From the NCBI GenBank assembly GCA_963169135.1, contig CAUJEQ010000262.1, positions 1-45,529 of the forward strand: DNA of 45,529 nt, read 5' to 3'. The stretch is from Chloroflexota bacterium. Lineage in GTDB: Bacteria; Chloroflexota; Dehalococcoidia; Tepidiformales; Tepidiformaceae. Under the pieces are notes generated by a model, which saw only the letters and a program-made list of their open reading frames with translations, had not been told where the DNA came from and ran no database searches. Shown in pieces: positions 1 to 8,285 of the stretch (within the stretch, counting starts at the first letter, position 1; every line of letters begins with the position of its first letter). The position numbers and the translations under genes are program-made.

Positions 1-108
1 TCTGCCGTCTATCTCAACGATCTGAGCGGTCGGGTATCCTCCCGGGCCGGGCGGGCAACACGCCTCTGATATGTTATCTTCCCCGAGAATCCCGTCTGGA
101 GCCGGACC

Positions 109-1020
109 ATGCAGATAGAATGGCTGAAGACGTTCATCGCAGTCGTCGAGACGGGGAGCCTGACCGAGGCCGCCGACCGCCTGGCGCTCTCTCAGCCGGC
201 GGTTTCAAAGCAACTTCAGCAGTTGGAGAAGTACTTCAATGCGGAGTTGAAGTATTGGAGGGGCAGGGAGTTCAGACTCACAGAATCTGGACAGGATGTC
301 CTGCACTGGGCTCGAGACACCATCGGCTCGCTTCAGGTGCTAAACACCGAAATCCTCTCCCGAACAGAACGCCGTGAGAATACGATCATCGTTGCCAGCG
401 GCCCGACCCTCCTCTACCACTACGTCCCCTTCCTCGCCGAGACTTTGAGCTCCCACAACCCGGACTGGCGGATTTCGACCCTAACCATCATGGACCAGAC
501 ATCGCTGACGCAGGTGGTCTGCGATGGCGCCGCGGACATCGCGCTCCACACGGCCCCATACAGTGATGATCGCCTGGAGTGCCGTCCGGTTGTCGAGGAT
601 GAGCTCGTGCCCGTTGCGAATCCCCGACACAGCCTCGCTGGCTCACGGAGCGTCGAGGCCAGGCAGCTGGCCAACGAACCTCTTCTTCTCCTCTCCGGGC
701 CGACCGAGAGCCGGACCTTGATCGATGCGTGGTTCGCCGGACGAGGAGCAACATTGAAGGACCCGGTCGAGATGGGGTCTCAGGCCGAGGTACGCGCCCG
801 CTTGTTGGCCACGCCCAGCATCGGAGTTGTCTCCCACATCGTTGTCGCCCGCGACCTGGCCGCTGCTCAGCTCGTCAAGCTCAACGTTCCCGGATTCCGG
901 CTCGTGAGGAACATCTACGCTAGCAATCGTGTTGGCTCCAATCGGGCGGTGCAGACTGCCGTCTCCGTAATGGCCACGGCCTTCGCCGCAGTGAATCGGG
1001 AGCGGCTGTTCGGTCTCTGA
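109..1020 (+). CDS. LysR-family transcriptional regulator
   Basis: The 303-aa ORF has an N-terminal wHTH (LTEAADRLALSQPAVSKQLQQLE) typical of LysR-type regulators. Its length and C-terminal part fit a LysR substrate-binding domain. It is co-directional with the downstream operon. Confidence 0.9.
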   Translation: MQIEWLKTFIAVVETGSLTEAADRLALSQPAVSKQLQQLEKYFNAELKYWRGREFRLTESGQDVLHWARDTIGSLQVLNTEILSRTERRENTIIVASGPTLLYHYVPFLAETLSSHNPDWRISTLTIMDQTSLTQVVCDGAADIALHTAPYSDDRLECRPVVEDELVPVANPRHSLAGSRSVEARQLANEPLLLLSGPTESRTLIDAWFAGRGATLKDPVEMGSQAEVRARLLATPSIGVVSHIVVARDLAAAQLVKLNVPGFRLVRNIYASNRVGSNRAVQTAVSVMATAFAAVNRERLFGL

Positions 1021-1189
1021 CTCGGCCTGGCAGCATTCTTGAACACACGGTAGAGCCCAACTATTCCTTGCGGTTATTGCTGCATTCGAAACAGCCTATT
1101 GAGGGTCGGCTCACTCGTCCCTAGCATCCTGTCCATCTGCCGAACACGAGGTCGGCGCTTTGTAGGCAAGATGCCGGGAGCTATCGCAG

Positions 1190-2242
1190 GTGAACGATTG
1201 GTCGCGGCCCCTTGATGGGATTGGCGTTCTGGATCTGAGTCTGAGTGTTGCGGGCGGTTTCTGCGCGAGACTGTTCGCTCAGCTCGGAGCGCGCGTCTCG
1301 CGCGTGCCTGGCGAAGGTGATGTCGATGTTCCGGTGGAAGCTCGTCACGGCCCAGAAGACCTCCAGCGGCGGCTCGCTGGATATCTCCACGCCGGCAAGG
1401 AACGCCTTGCCATTCCGGTGTCACCTGAATCTATCGTCGGTCTCGCGCCTGTCCTGAGTCGAAGCCAGGTGATCATTCATGACCGCGGCCAGGCGTTTGC
1501 ATCGCAGCTCCTGGCATCATCGGAGTCCCAGGAGGCACGCATTGTCTCAGTCGCCGATTACGGATGGGATGGCCCGTTTGGTGAGTGGAAGTCGGATGGC
1601 TTACTTCTTCAGGCACACTCCGGAATCGCCGCTCTGATTGGCAGTCCCAATCGAGAGCCACTTGCTCTCCCGGGGTTTGCGGTCCACTACGTGACGGGAT
1701 CCTTTGCCTTCATCACTGCGATGACCATGCTCCTCGGCGCGGGCGACAGGGAACGCCACGTCCTGGTCACGTCCATCGAGGCGGCGAGCACGCTCCACCA
1801 GTACACCTACCTCGCTTTCACACGGTTAGCGGAAGTGAGGAAACGCGCCCAGTTCATGTTGCCCACCGCGCTGTACATGGCATGCAGCGACGGCGAGATC
1901 CTGCTGGCTCCCGTGAAGCCAAACCAATGGTCCGGGCTTGCCCTGGTGTGCGACCGCCCGGACCTCCTCGAGCAGCCTGTCTTCAACACGGTACTGGGGC
2001 GCAGGCTGTACGCCTCCGTCCTCGACCGGGAGCTGGGTCCCTGGTTCGCCAACGAAACCGCCGCGGGAGCCTTCGAGAAACTGTGCGAAGTGGGTGTGCC
2101 TGCCGCCGTGGTGAATACGCCCCGTCAGGCACTGGACGACCCCCAGTTCGCGCACCGGGGCTTCCAGCCCGGCGCCGAGGGACTGCCACTGCCGTTTCTC
2201 CTCAACGGAACTCGGCCGGCAGGAGGGCGGAGTCATGACTGA
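1190..2242 (+). CDS. Family III (CaiB/BaiF) CoA-transferase-like protein lacking the catalytic Asp
   Basis: The 350-aa ORF has a GTG start. The N-terminus GIGVLDLSLSVAGGFCARLFAQLGARV and the central LLLQAHSGIAALIGSP match the family III CoA-transferase fold. The nucleophile position reads His (AVHYVTG) where the neighbour has Asp (LADFVGG). The stop overlaps the next start (ATGACTGA). Confidence 0.8.
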   Translation: MNDWSRPLDGIGVLDLSLSVAGGFCARLFAQLGARVSRVPGEGDVDVPVEARHGPEDLQRRLAGYLHAGKERLAIPVSPESIVGLAPVLSRSQVIIHDRGQAFASQLLASSESQEARIVSVADYGWDGPFGEWKSDGLLLQAHSGIAALIGSPNREPLALPGFAVHYVTGSFAFITAMTMLLGAGDRERHVLVTSIEAASTLHQYTYLAFTRLAEVRKRAQFMLPTALYMACSDGEILLAPVKPNQWSGLALVCDRPDLLEQPVFNTVLGRRLYASVLDRELGPWFANETAAGAFEKLCEVGVPAAVVNTPRQALDDPQFAHRGFQPGAEGLPLPFLLNGTRPAGGRSHD

Positions 2243-3488
2243 TACGAACGGCCCACGCGCACCGTTGACCGGTCTTCGGGTGCTCGATCTCACCATCGCA
2301 CTTGCCGGTCCCTACGGTACCAGAATTCTCGGTGACCTCGGTGCCGAGGTCATCAAAGTGGACACTCGCGTCGAGCGCCAATACCTCACGCAGCTGGACC
2401 TCGCAGCCCGTCTCCAGGCGATGTACCCAAACGGCGATCCAGGCGACGAACCGTGGAACACGGGAGGAGCCCACGGGCAGTTGAATCGCAACAAGTCCAG
2501 CATCGCGCTGGACCTCGCATCTCCGGATGAGCGGGAGCGCTTTCTCCGGCTGGTGGAAACCGCTGATTGCCTGGTCGAGAACTTCACGCCAAAAGTCATG
2601 CCCAGCCTTGGATTGAGCTATGAAGAGCTGAAGGTGCGCAATCCGGCGCTGGTTTACGTGGCAATGCCGGGATTCGGATCTTCAGGGCCTCGCAGCATGT
2701 TCCCCGCGTTCGCTCCCACCACAGAGGCTGCCTCCGGCTTTCTCTCGATGGTTGGGTATGAGGACGGCACGCTGGTACCCAATCCCATGTCCCTTGCCGA
2801 TTTCGTCGGCGGGCTCAACGCCATCGTGGGGCTGATGGGCGCTCTCTGGAATACTCGCCGTACCGGAGAAGGCGCGTTCGTGGACCTCTCGCAGGTTGAA
2901 GCCATGGCGAGCTTCGCGGGTGAGGAGTTCCAGATTGTTCCCGACTGGAGCCGCGATGCCGAAACAGGCCCGCATGGGAACCAGCTTCCCTGCGCGCTCC
3001 TCTCTGGCATGTTCCCCTCACGAGGCTTTGACGAGTGGATCGCAATCTCCCTCTACTCCGAGCTTGAAGTGCGGGCCATTGGAGATGTCCTCGGCGGCCC
3101 CACACTTGGCGGGGAGTGGGCCGCCTTGTCTCGAGGTCCTGCTGGACGGGACAGGATTCGAGCTGAGTTGAGCGCCCGAACTGCTGCCTTCGGGAAGCTA
3201 GAGCTTGCCACAACGCTGCAGATGGCCGGGATTGGGGCCGCCCCCGTTCAGACTGCTCCCGACCTTCTGGCCGACCCGCAACTGAACCACCTTGGGTTCT
3301 TCATCGACGTGGATGCACCAGGCGTCGGTCCGTTCCCTTACGAGGGCCCACCCTGGCATTTTGATCACTGGAGCGAGCGGCTCACCAGCCCAGCGCCCCG
3401 AGTGGGCGAAGACACCGCTCGCATTCTGCAGGCACTCGACAAATCCATCGGGGATAACGGTCAAAGTCAAACCGGAGGGAATAACTAA
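2235..3488 (+). CDS. Family III (CaiB/BaiF) CoA-transferase
   Basis: The 417-aa ORF carries LRVLDLTIALAGPYGTRILGDLGAEVIKVD and SLADFVGGLNAIVGLMGALWNTRRTGEGAFVDLSQVEA, which match the family signature including the catalytic Asp. The TAATG junction overlaps the next gene. Confidence 0.9.
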   Translation: MTDTNGPRAPLTGLRVLDLTIALAGPYGTRILGDLGAEVIKVDTRVERQYLTQLDLAARLQAMYPNGDPGDEPWNTGGAHGQLNRNKSSIALDLASPDERERFLRLVETADCLVENFTPKVMPSLGLSYEELKVRNPALVYVAMPGFGSSGPRSMFPAFAPTTEAASGFLSMVGYEDGTLVPNPMSLADFVGGLNAIVGLMGALWNTRRTGEGAFVDLSQVEAMASFAGEEFQIVPDWSRDAETGPHGNQLPCALLSGMFPSRGFDEWIAISLYSELEVRAIGDVLGGPTLGGEWAALSRGPAGRDRIRAELSARTAAFGKLELATTLQMAGIGAAPVQTAPDLLADPQLNHLGFFIDVDAPGVGPFPYEGPPWHFDHWSERLTSPAPRVGEDTARILQALDKSIGDNGQSQTGGNN

Positions 3489-5185
3489 TGGAACGAACAT
3501 CAGACAGGACAAGCCCATCGAGGCTCACGCGACGGAAGGTGCTCGGGAGTGCCTCCGTCGGCGCAGTCGGACTGGCGACAGCCGCAATCATCGGTTGCGG
3601 AGATGACGACGACGATGTCGAGCCGACGCAGGAGACCACACCGGGCCAGTCGCCTACCGCCCAGACTCCAGGGGCCGATACGCCGACGAAAGGTCCCTCT
3701 ATTCGCACCGGCGGTTCGATTGCCGCTGTAGTTTCGGAGCCGGCCGACCTGAACCCCCACACGGGAATCAGCGGTGGCGAACATCAGACACTGTGGCTCA
3801 TCCACGACAATCTCATCGCATACGATGAAAAGTCCGTCCCGCGCGAAGACCTTTCCCTGGCGAAGCAGTGGGAAGTCGTCAGCCCGACCGAGATAGCGCT
3901 CACCCTCCGCGACGGCGTCAAGTTCCATGACGGCACGGACCTGACGGCCGAGGTCGTGAAGTACAACCTCGAACTCATTCTTGATCCAGCGACAGCTTCG
4001 GTTTCCCGGGGCCAGATTTCGCCCATCGGGAGCATTGAGACCCCCGACGCAAAGACGGTCGTGCTCAAGTTGACCAAGCCCTCGGCTTCCTTGCTCCTGG
4101 CGCTCGGGGATCGTGGCGGGATGATCGTGTCCAGGGCGAGCCTTGAGTCGAAAGGACTCAAGGACTACGCCGTGGCCCCAACGGGTGGTTCAGGCGCCTT
4201 CCAGTTCGAGAACTGGGTACGAAACTCAAACCTGAAGCTCAAGCGCAACCCGAACTACTGGCGTACCCGCGACGGCCAGAAATTGCCCCATCTCGACAAT
4301 CTTGAACTCAAGTTCATTCCCGAGGCGGCGGTGAGTCTGGCTGCCCTCCAGGCTTCCGAGATACAGATTGGGCCCGTGTCCGAGGAGGACTTGAAGATCG
4401 TCGAAAGCGCGAAGGACCTGTCTGTCAACACATTTGTCGGGGCCAGCACGTTGCAGATCTTCATGAATCGGAACAGTCCGGTTTTCAAGGATCCCCGCGC
4501 CCGGCAGGCACTGTCGTATGCGGTCGATAGGGAATCGATGGTGCTCGCCATCACCGATGGGCGTTCGCAGCCCGCCCTCGGACCCCTGACTCCGGCACAA
4601 TGGGCCTTCGACCCCAAGCTACCCGCCCCGTCATTTGACCCCAAGAAGGCCAAGCAGCTGTTCGAGGCCGCAGGGTTTGGTTCAGGTACAACCATCAAGG
4701 TACTGACATACGCAGGCGCTGAAATTTACAAGCGACAGGTAGAGCTCGTTCAACAATCGCTGCGCGAAATTGGTATCACGATGGATGCGGAGTTCGTCCA
4801 GACAGGCGCCGTGTATGCCGAATACAAAAAGGGCACGCACGATGCTGCCTTCTCTGGTTTCAGCATTCGGGCCGATCCTCATGGCAGTCTGGGTGAAGAG
4901 TTTATATCGAAAGGCGGGTTTGCCTGGAGTCAAAATCCAGCGACGTTTGAACTTGAGCCAGATGTCGACAAGTTGTTGACCGAGGCAAATCAGGAATACG
5001 ACTTGACGAAGAGGACTGCCTTGTACCGGACAGCCCAAGATAAGATCATTAATGAATATGCCATGGCAGTGTGCATGTACTATGGCAATACATACCTTGG
5101 GCAAAACCAGAGTATTGGGGCAACTTCATCCCTTTTCGGTGGCGAAGGCAAGCCTCGCCTCGCAGAGGTATACCTGAAAGGGTAG
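3488..5185 (+). CDS. ABC transporter substrate-binding protein, family 5 (Dpp/Opp/Nik-like), Tat-signal lipoprotein
   Basis: The 565-aa ORF has a twin-arginine motif and lipobox (SRLTRRKVLGSASVGAVGLATAAIIGCGDDD). The body has family-5 SBP motifs (VKFHDGTDLTAEVVKYN, NPNYW). Confidence 0.9.
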   Translation: MERTSDRTSPSRLTRRKVLGSASVGAVGLATAAIIGCGDDDDDVEPTQETTPGQSPTAQTPGADTPTKGPSIRTGGSIAAVVSEPADLNPHTGISGGEHQTLWLIHDNLIAYDEKSVPREDLSLAKQWEVVSPTEIALTLRDGVKFHDGTDLTAEVVKYNLELILDPATASVSRGQISPIGSIETPDAKTVVLKLTKPSASLLLALGDRGGMIVSRASLESKGLKDYAVAPTGGSGAFQFENWVRNSNLKLKRNPNYWRTRDGQKLPHLDNLELKFIPEAAVSLAALQASEIQIGPVSEEDLKIVESAKDLSVNTFVGASTLQIFMNRNSPVFKDPRARQALSYAVDRESMVLAITDGRSQPALGPLTPAQWAFDPKLPAPSFDPKKAKQLFEAAGFGSGTTIKVLTYAGAEIYKRQVELVQQSLREIGITMDAEFVQTGAVYAEYKKGTHDAAFSGFSIRADPHGSLGEEFISKGGFAWSQNPATFELEPDVDKLLTEANQEYDLTKRTALYRTAQDKIINEYAMAVCMYYGNTYLGQNQSIGATSSLFGGEGKPRLAEVYLKG

Positions 5186-5189
5186 CATC

Positions 5190-6146
5190 GTGCTGACGTT
5201 CTTAATGAGACGTGCTGTTGGCATGGTGGGAGTAGTGCTGATGGTTACCATCATGCTGTTCCTCTTGATGTCATTTGTACCGGGGGACCCTATCACCGCA
5301 CGGTACGGGATGGACGGCTCGTCTCTCAACGCTGAGCAGGAGGCCGCCCTCCGGAAGGAGTACGGCCTCGATCAGCCGCTACCCGTCCAGTACCTCTCCT
5401 GGGTGCGAGCGCTGATAACCGGAGACCTCGGGGACTCCATCCAGCAACGGCGGTCGGTCACGACCATTCTGAAGGAACGCATCCCGGTTACCCTGCAGAT
5501 TTCGGGCTTCGCGCTTCTCCTCTCCGTGGTGCTCGCTGCGCCGCTTGGAGTAATCGCCGCTGTGAAGCACAACTCCGTCTGGGATCGCCTGCTCAGCGGC
5601 TTCGCACTGGCTGGAGTGGCCATGCCCGCGTTCTGGCTCGGATTGCTCCTGCTCATCCTGTTTTCCGTGAAGCTTTCGTGGTTCCCGGTGACGGGCTTCA
5701 CGCGATTGACAACTGATCCACTGGAGGCTCTTCGCTCATCGTTTCTACCTGCGCTGACGGCTGCACTCGGTGGCACGACGGCGATGATATTGCGGCAGCT
5801 CAGGGCCGCGCTCATCGACGTCATGCGGCAGGACTACATTCGCACGGCACGGGCAAAGGGAGTGCGGGCGCGGGCGGTGGTCGTGCGGCACGGCGTCAGA
5901 AATGCCATGCTGCCGACAGTCACCGTGATTGGCCTTGCGACAGCGCACTTGCTCGGCGGCAGCGTCGTTATCGAGCGGGTCTTCAATATCCCTGGCATGG
6001 GGCGGCTCATCATTGACGCCATGAATGCTCGTGACTACCCCGTAGTGCAGGGGGTGGTTCTGGTCATCACCGTCTTCGTCGTCGCAATCAATCTAGTGAC
6101 GGATCTCACCTATGCCTACCTCGACCCACGGATTCGCCTCCGATGA
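5190..6146 (+). CDS. ABC transporter permease (DppB/OppB-like)
   Basis: The 318-aa ORF is multi-span hydrophobic. It has the binding-protein-dependent transport signature region (DYIRTARAKGVRARAVVVRHGVRNAMLP). Confidence 0.9.
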   Translation: MLTFLMRRAVGMVGVVLMVTIMLFLLMSFVPGDPITARYGMDGSSLNAEQEAALRKEYGLDQPLPVQYLSWVRALITGDLGDSIQQRRSVTTILKERIPVTLQISGFALLLSVVLAAPLGVIAAVKHNSVWDRLLSGFALAGVAMPAFWLGLLLLILFSVKLSWFPVTGFTRLTTDPLEALRSSFLPALTAALGGTTAMILRQLRAALIDVMRQDYIRTARAKGVRARAVVVRHGVRNAMLPTVTVIGLATAHLLGGSVVIERVFNIPGMGRLIIDAMNARDYPVVQGVVLVITVFVVAINLVTDLTYAYLDPRIRLR

Positions 6147-7033
6147 CTGAAAACGCGGTCGCAGACGGCTGGGCCACACCTCCTGGCGGCACCAAGAGCA
6201 AGGCCAGGAAGCGGTGGGCGCGGCACTTTCTAAGGTCGCCGGTTTCACTCGTGAGTCTCCTGTGTGTCCTGGGGACAGTCGTGTTGGCGCTGGGCGCCGA
6301 TGCTATTGCGCCACAAGACCCGTTGGTGCAAGACGTTCGTGACCGCCTGGCAGCACCTTCCTGGGACCACCCCTTCGGGACGGATGCACTGGGCCGCGAT
6401 GTCCTGAGCAGAGTGATTCACGGGACTCGAGTATCGCTAACCGCAGCGGTCTCCGCTGTCGCCCTGTCGGCTCTGCTGGGAGTGAGTCTCGGCATCATCG
6501 CGGGGTATGTCGGGGGCCTTATCGATGAAGCGATCATGCGCATCATCGACTCTGTCGTAGCTTTCCCGGCAATCATCCTTGCCCTGGCGTTTGTAACTGC
6601 GTTTGGGGCGACGTTACGCTCAGTGATATTTGCAATCACTATCGTGAGCGTGCCGTTGTACGCGCGGCTGATGAGGGCACAGATCCTGTCCGTGAAGGAG
6701 ACTGATTTCGTCCTGGCAGCTCGTGCAATGGGAGCAAGTCCTTGGCGCATTATGGTTCGGCACATGCTTCCAAATGTACTGGCTCCAATAGTTGTTGCAG
6801 CAACGCTCGGCATGTCATATGCAATCTTGGCTGAGGCAAGCCTGAGCTTTCTTGGGGCCGGCGTTCAACCGCCTACACCAACATGGGGTGGGATGCTCAA
6901 TGATGCAGCACGCTACATACATACCAACATGTATATGACTTTATTCCCTGGAGCTGCCATCTTTATCCTTGTGCTCTCACTGAACTACCTGGGAGACACG
7001 CTCCAGGACGCTATGGATCCACGGTCAAGCTAG
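6143..7033 (+). CDS. ABC transporter permease (DppC/OppC-like)
   Basis: The 296-aa ORF overlaps the upstream gene by 4 nt. It has an EAA-like region (DFVLAARAMGASPWRIMVRHMLPNVLAP). Confidence 0.9.
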   Translation: MTENAVADGWATPPGGTKSKARKRWARHFLRSPVSLVSLLCVLGTVVLALGADAIAPQDPLVQDVRDRLAAPSWDHPFGTDALGRDVLSRVIHGTRVSLTAAVSAVALSALLGVSLGIIAGYVGGLIDEAIMRIIDSVVAFPAIILALAFVTAFGATLRSVIFAITIVSVPLYARLMRAQILSVKETDFVLAARAMGASPWRIMVRHMLPNVLAPIVVAATLGMSYAILAEASLSFLGAGVQPPTPTWGGMLNDAARYIHTNMYMTLFPGAAIFILVLSLNYLGDTLQDAMDPRSS

Positions 7034-7071
7034 TCCTCCAGGACCATGAGGAACCAGAAAGGTGAAATGCT

Positions 7072-7881
7072 ATGTACGCGGTAGAACGAATCATTACTGC
7101 ATATCTCTCGAATGAAGATTCGCCAGATATTCGCAACCCTATTCACTCGACAGAAATTGCACGTAAGTATGGATTTGAGAGTGCATTGGTGGGTGGTATC
7201 ACCGTCTATGGCTGGGCTGCGGAGGTCGTAACAGACTTCCTTGGTGAGGATTGGCTCGACCACGGATGGACGGAATTCAACTTCAAGCGGCCGGTGTACC
7301 CTGGGGAAGTCCTCGCGATTCGGCTGGCCGAGGACGGCCAGCCTGGTTTCGCGATGACCGTGGAGGGTGAGGACGGCGGGGTGCGGATTGCAGGCCGTGC
7401 CGGGCTCGGCATCGCGCCGTGGTTCGGCGACCTGGCTGTGCCTTCGTCGTTGATGCCGGCCATGCCCGCCTCGATAAAGCCCAGGGCCTTGTCGCCCGAC
7501 GCGCCTCCCGTTGGGGAGGACTTGCTCCCCGTCCGGATGGCAATGGATGTTGAGGACGCCAGGAACTACGCCCTTGAAAAGCAGCATTCCGCGGACGCGC
7601 GTTTCACCGGCGATCATCCGCGGCTGCACCCTGCCATGGTCGCTGGCTTCGAGATCTTTCTCATCTACGAGCAGTTCGAACCAACCACCCCGGGTGTTCA
7701 CGTCTTCAGTCAGGTACAGCATATGAGTCGCGCCGATGCCGGGCCTGGATATGTTGCCGCAGGAAAGTTCATCGACTCTTTTGAGAGAAAGGGCCGGCAT
7801 CATGGCACGGTCGATGGCTGGTTGCTTCGGGACGGGACGGAGGTCTGTCGTGCGCGCCAGGGGTTCATCTATTCCCTTTAA
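7072..7881 (+). CDS. MaoC-like (R)-hydratase/dehydratase, double hotdog fold
   Basis: The 269-aa ORF has an RBS (AAAGGTGA) upstream. The N-half NPIHSTEIARKYGFESALVGGITVYGW resembles the MaoC hydratase motif. The C-half looks like a second hotdog. Confidence 0.75.
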   Translation: MYAVERIITAYLSNEDSPDIRNPIHSTEIARKYGFESALVGGITVYGWAAEVVTDFLGEDWLDHGWTEFNFKRPVYPGEVLAIRLAEDGQPGFAMTVEGEDGGVRIAGRAGLGIAPWFGDLAVPSSLMPAMPASIKPRALSPDAPPVGEDLLPVRMAMDVEDARNYALEKQHSADARFTGDHPRLHPAMVAGFEIFLIYEQFEPTTPGVHVFSQVQHMSRADAGPGYVAAGKFIDSFERKGRHHGTVDGWLLRDGTEVCRARQGFIYSL

Positions 7882-7998
7882 GTGTGGCGATGGCCACCAA
7901 TCCGGGAGAGTCCTGCACAGTCCACGTACTCGAAGGTCGAAAAGGCCGGCACCGGTGTGAATCGTATGGCGGTAACAAGGGGGTGGCTCGGTCCCTGC

Positions 7999-8024
7999 GG
8001 CCCACGAACCATCGTTCGTGGGCC
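7999..8024. repeat. Perfect inverted repeat (11-bp stem, 4-nt loop), function unknown
   Basis: The sequence is ggcccacgaac-catc-gttcgtgggcc. It lies in the 404-bp convergent gap and has no flanking T-tract. Confidence 0.5.
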
Positions 8025-8285
8025 GCGAAGACCGAGCTGGCCTCACCTGTTGTCACAGCGGGATCTCATTCCTTACCTCTAATTCTGAGCACGCTTCCGG
8101 TCGCCCGCGTCATGTAGCGACGAGTTGGCTTTGCGACACGGAGCGATAAGCGGCACGGGTGGGCCGACCACAAGAGCCCAAAATGCGGGCGACCGTTTGA
8201 CGACCGCCTCTCACGAACTGTGCCGATTTCTGCCAGCACGGGAAGCAGGCGCCTCATTTGCCACCCCGTTGCCGATGGCCTGAAC

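Noticed and set aside
7030-8046. A 338-aa ORF on the minus strand covers the whole hotdog gene.
   Set aside because: It is antisense to a gene with clear MaoC/hotdog motifs and a good RBS. Its translation is Arg/Pro/Gly-rich junk, typical of shadow ORFs in high-GC DNA.
8143-8149. GCGATAA resembles a sigma-28 -10 element (GCCGATAA).
   Set aside because: There is no TAAA-type -35 at the right spacing and no downstream gene in that orientation, so it is a likely chance match.
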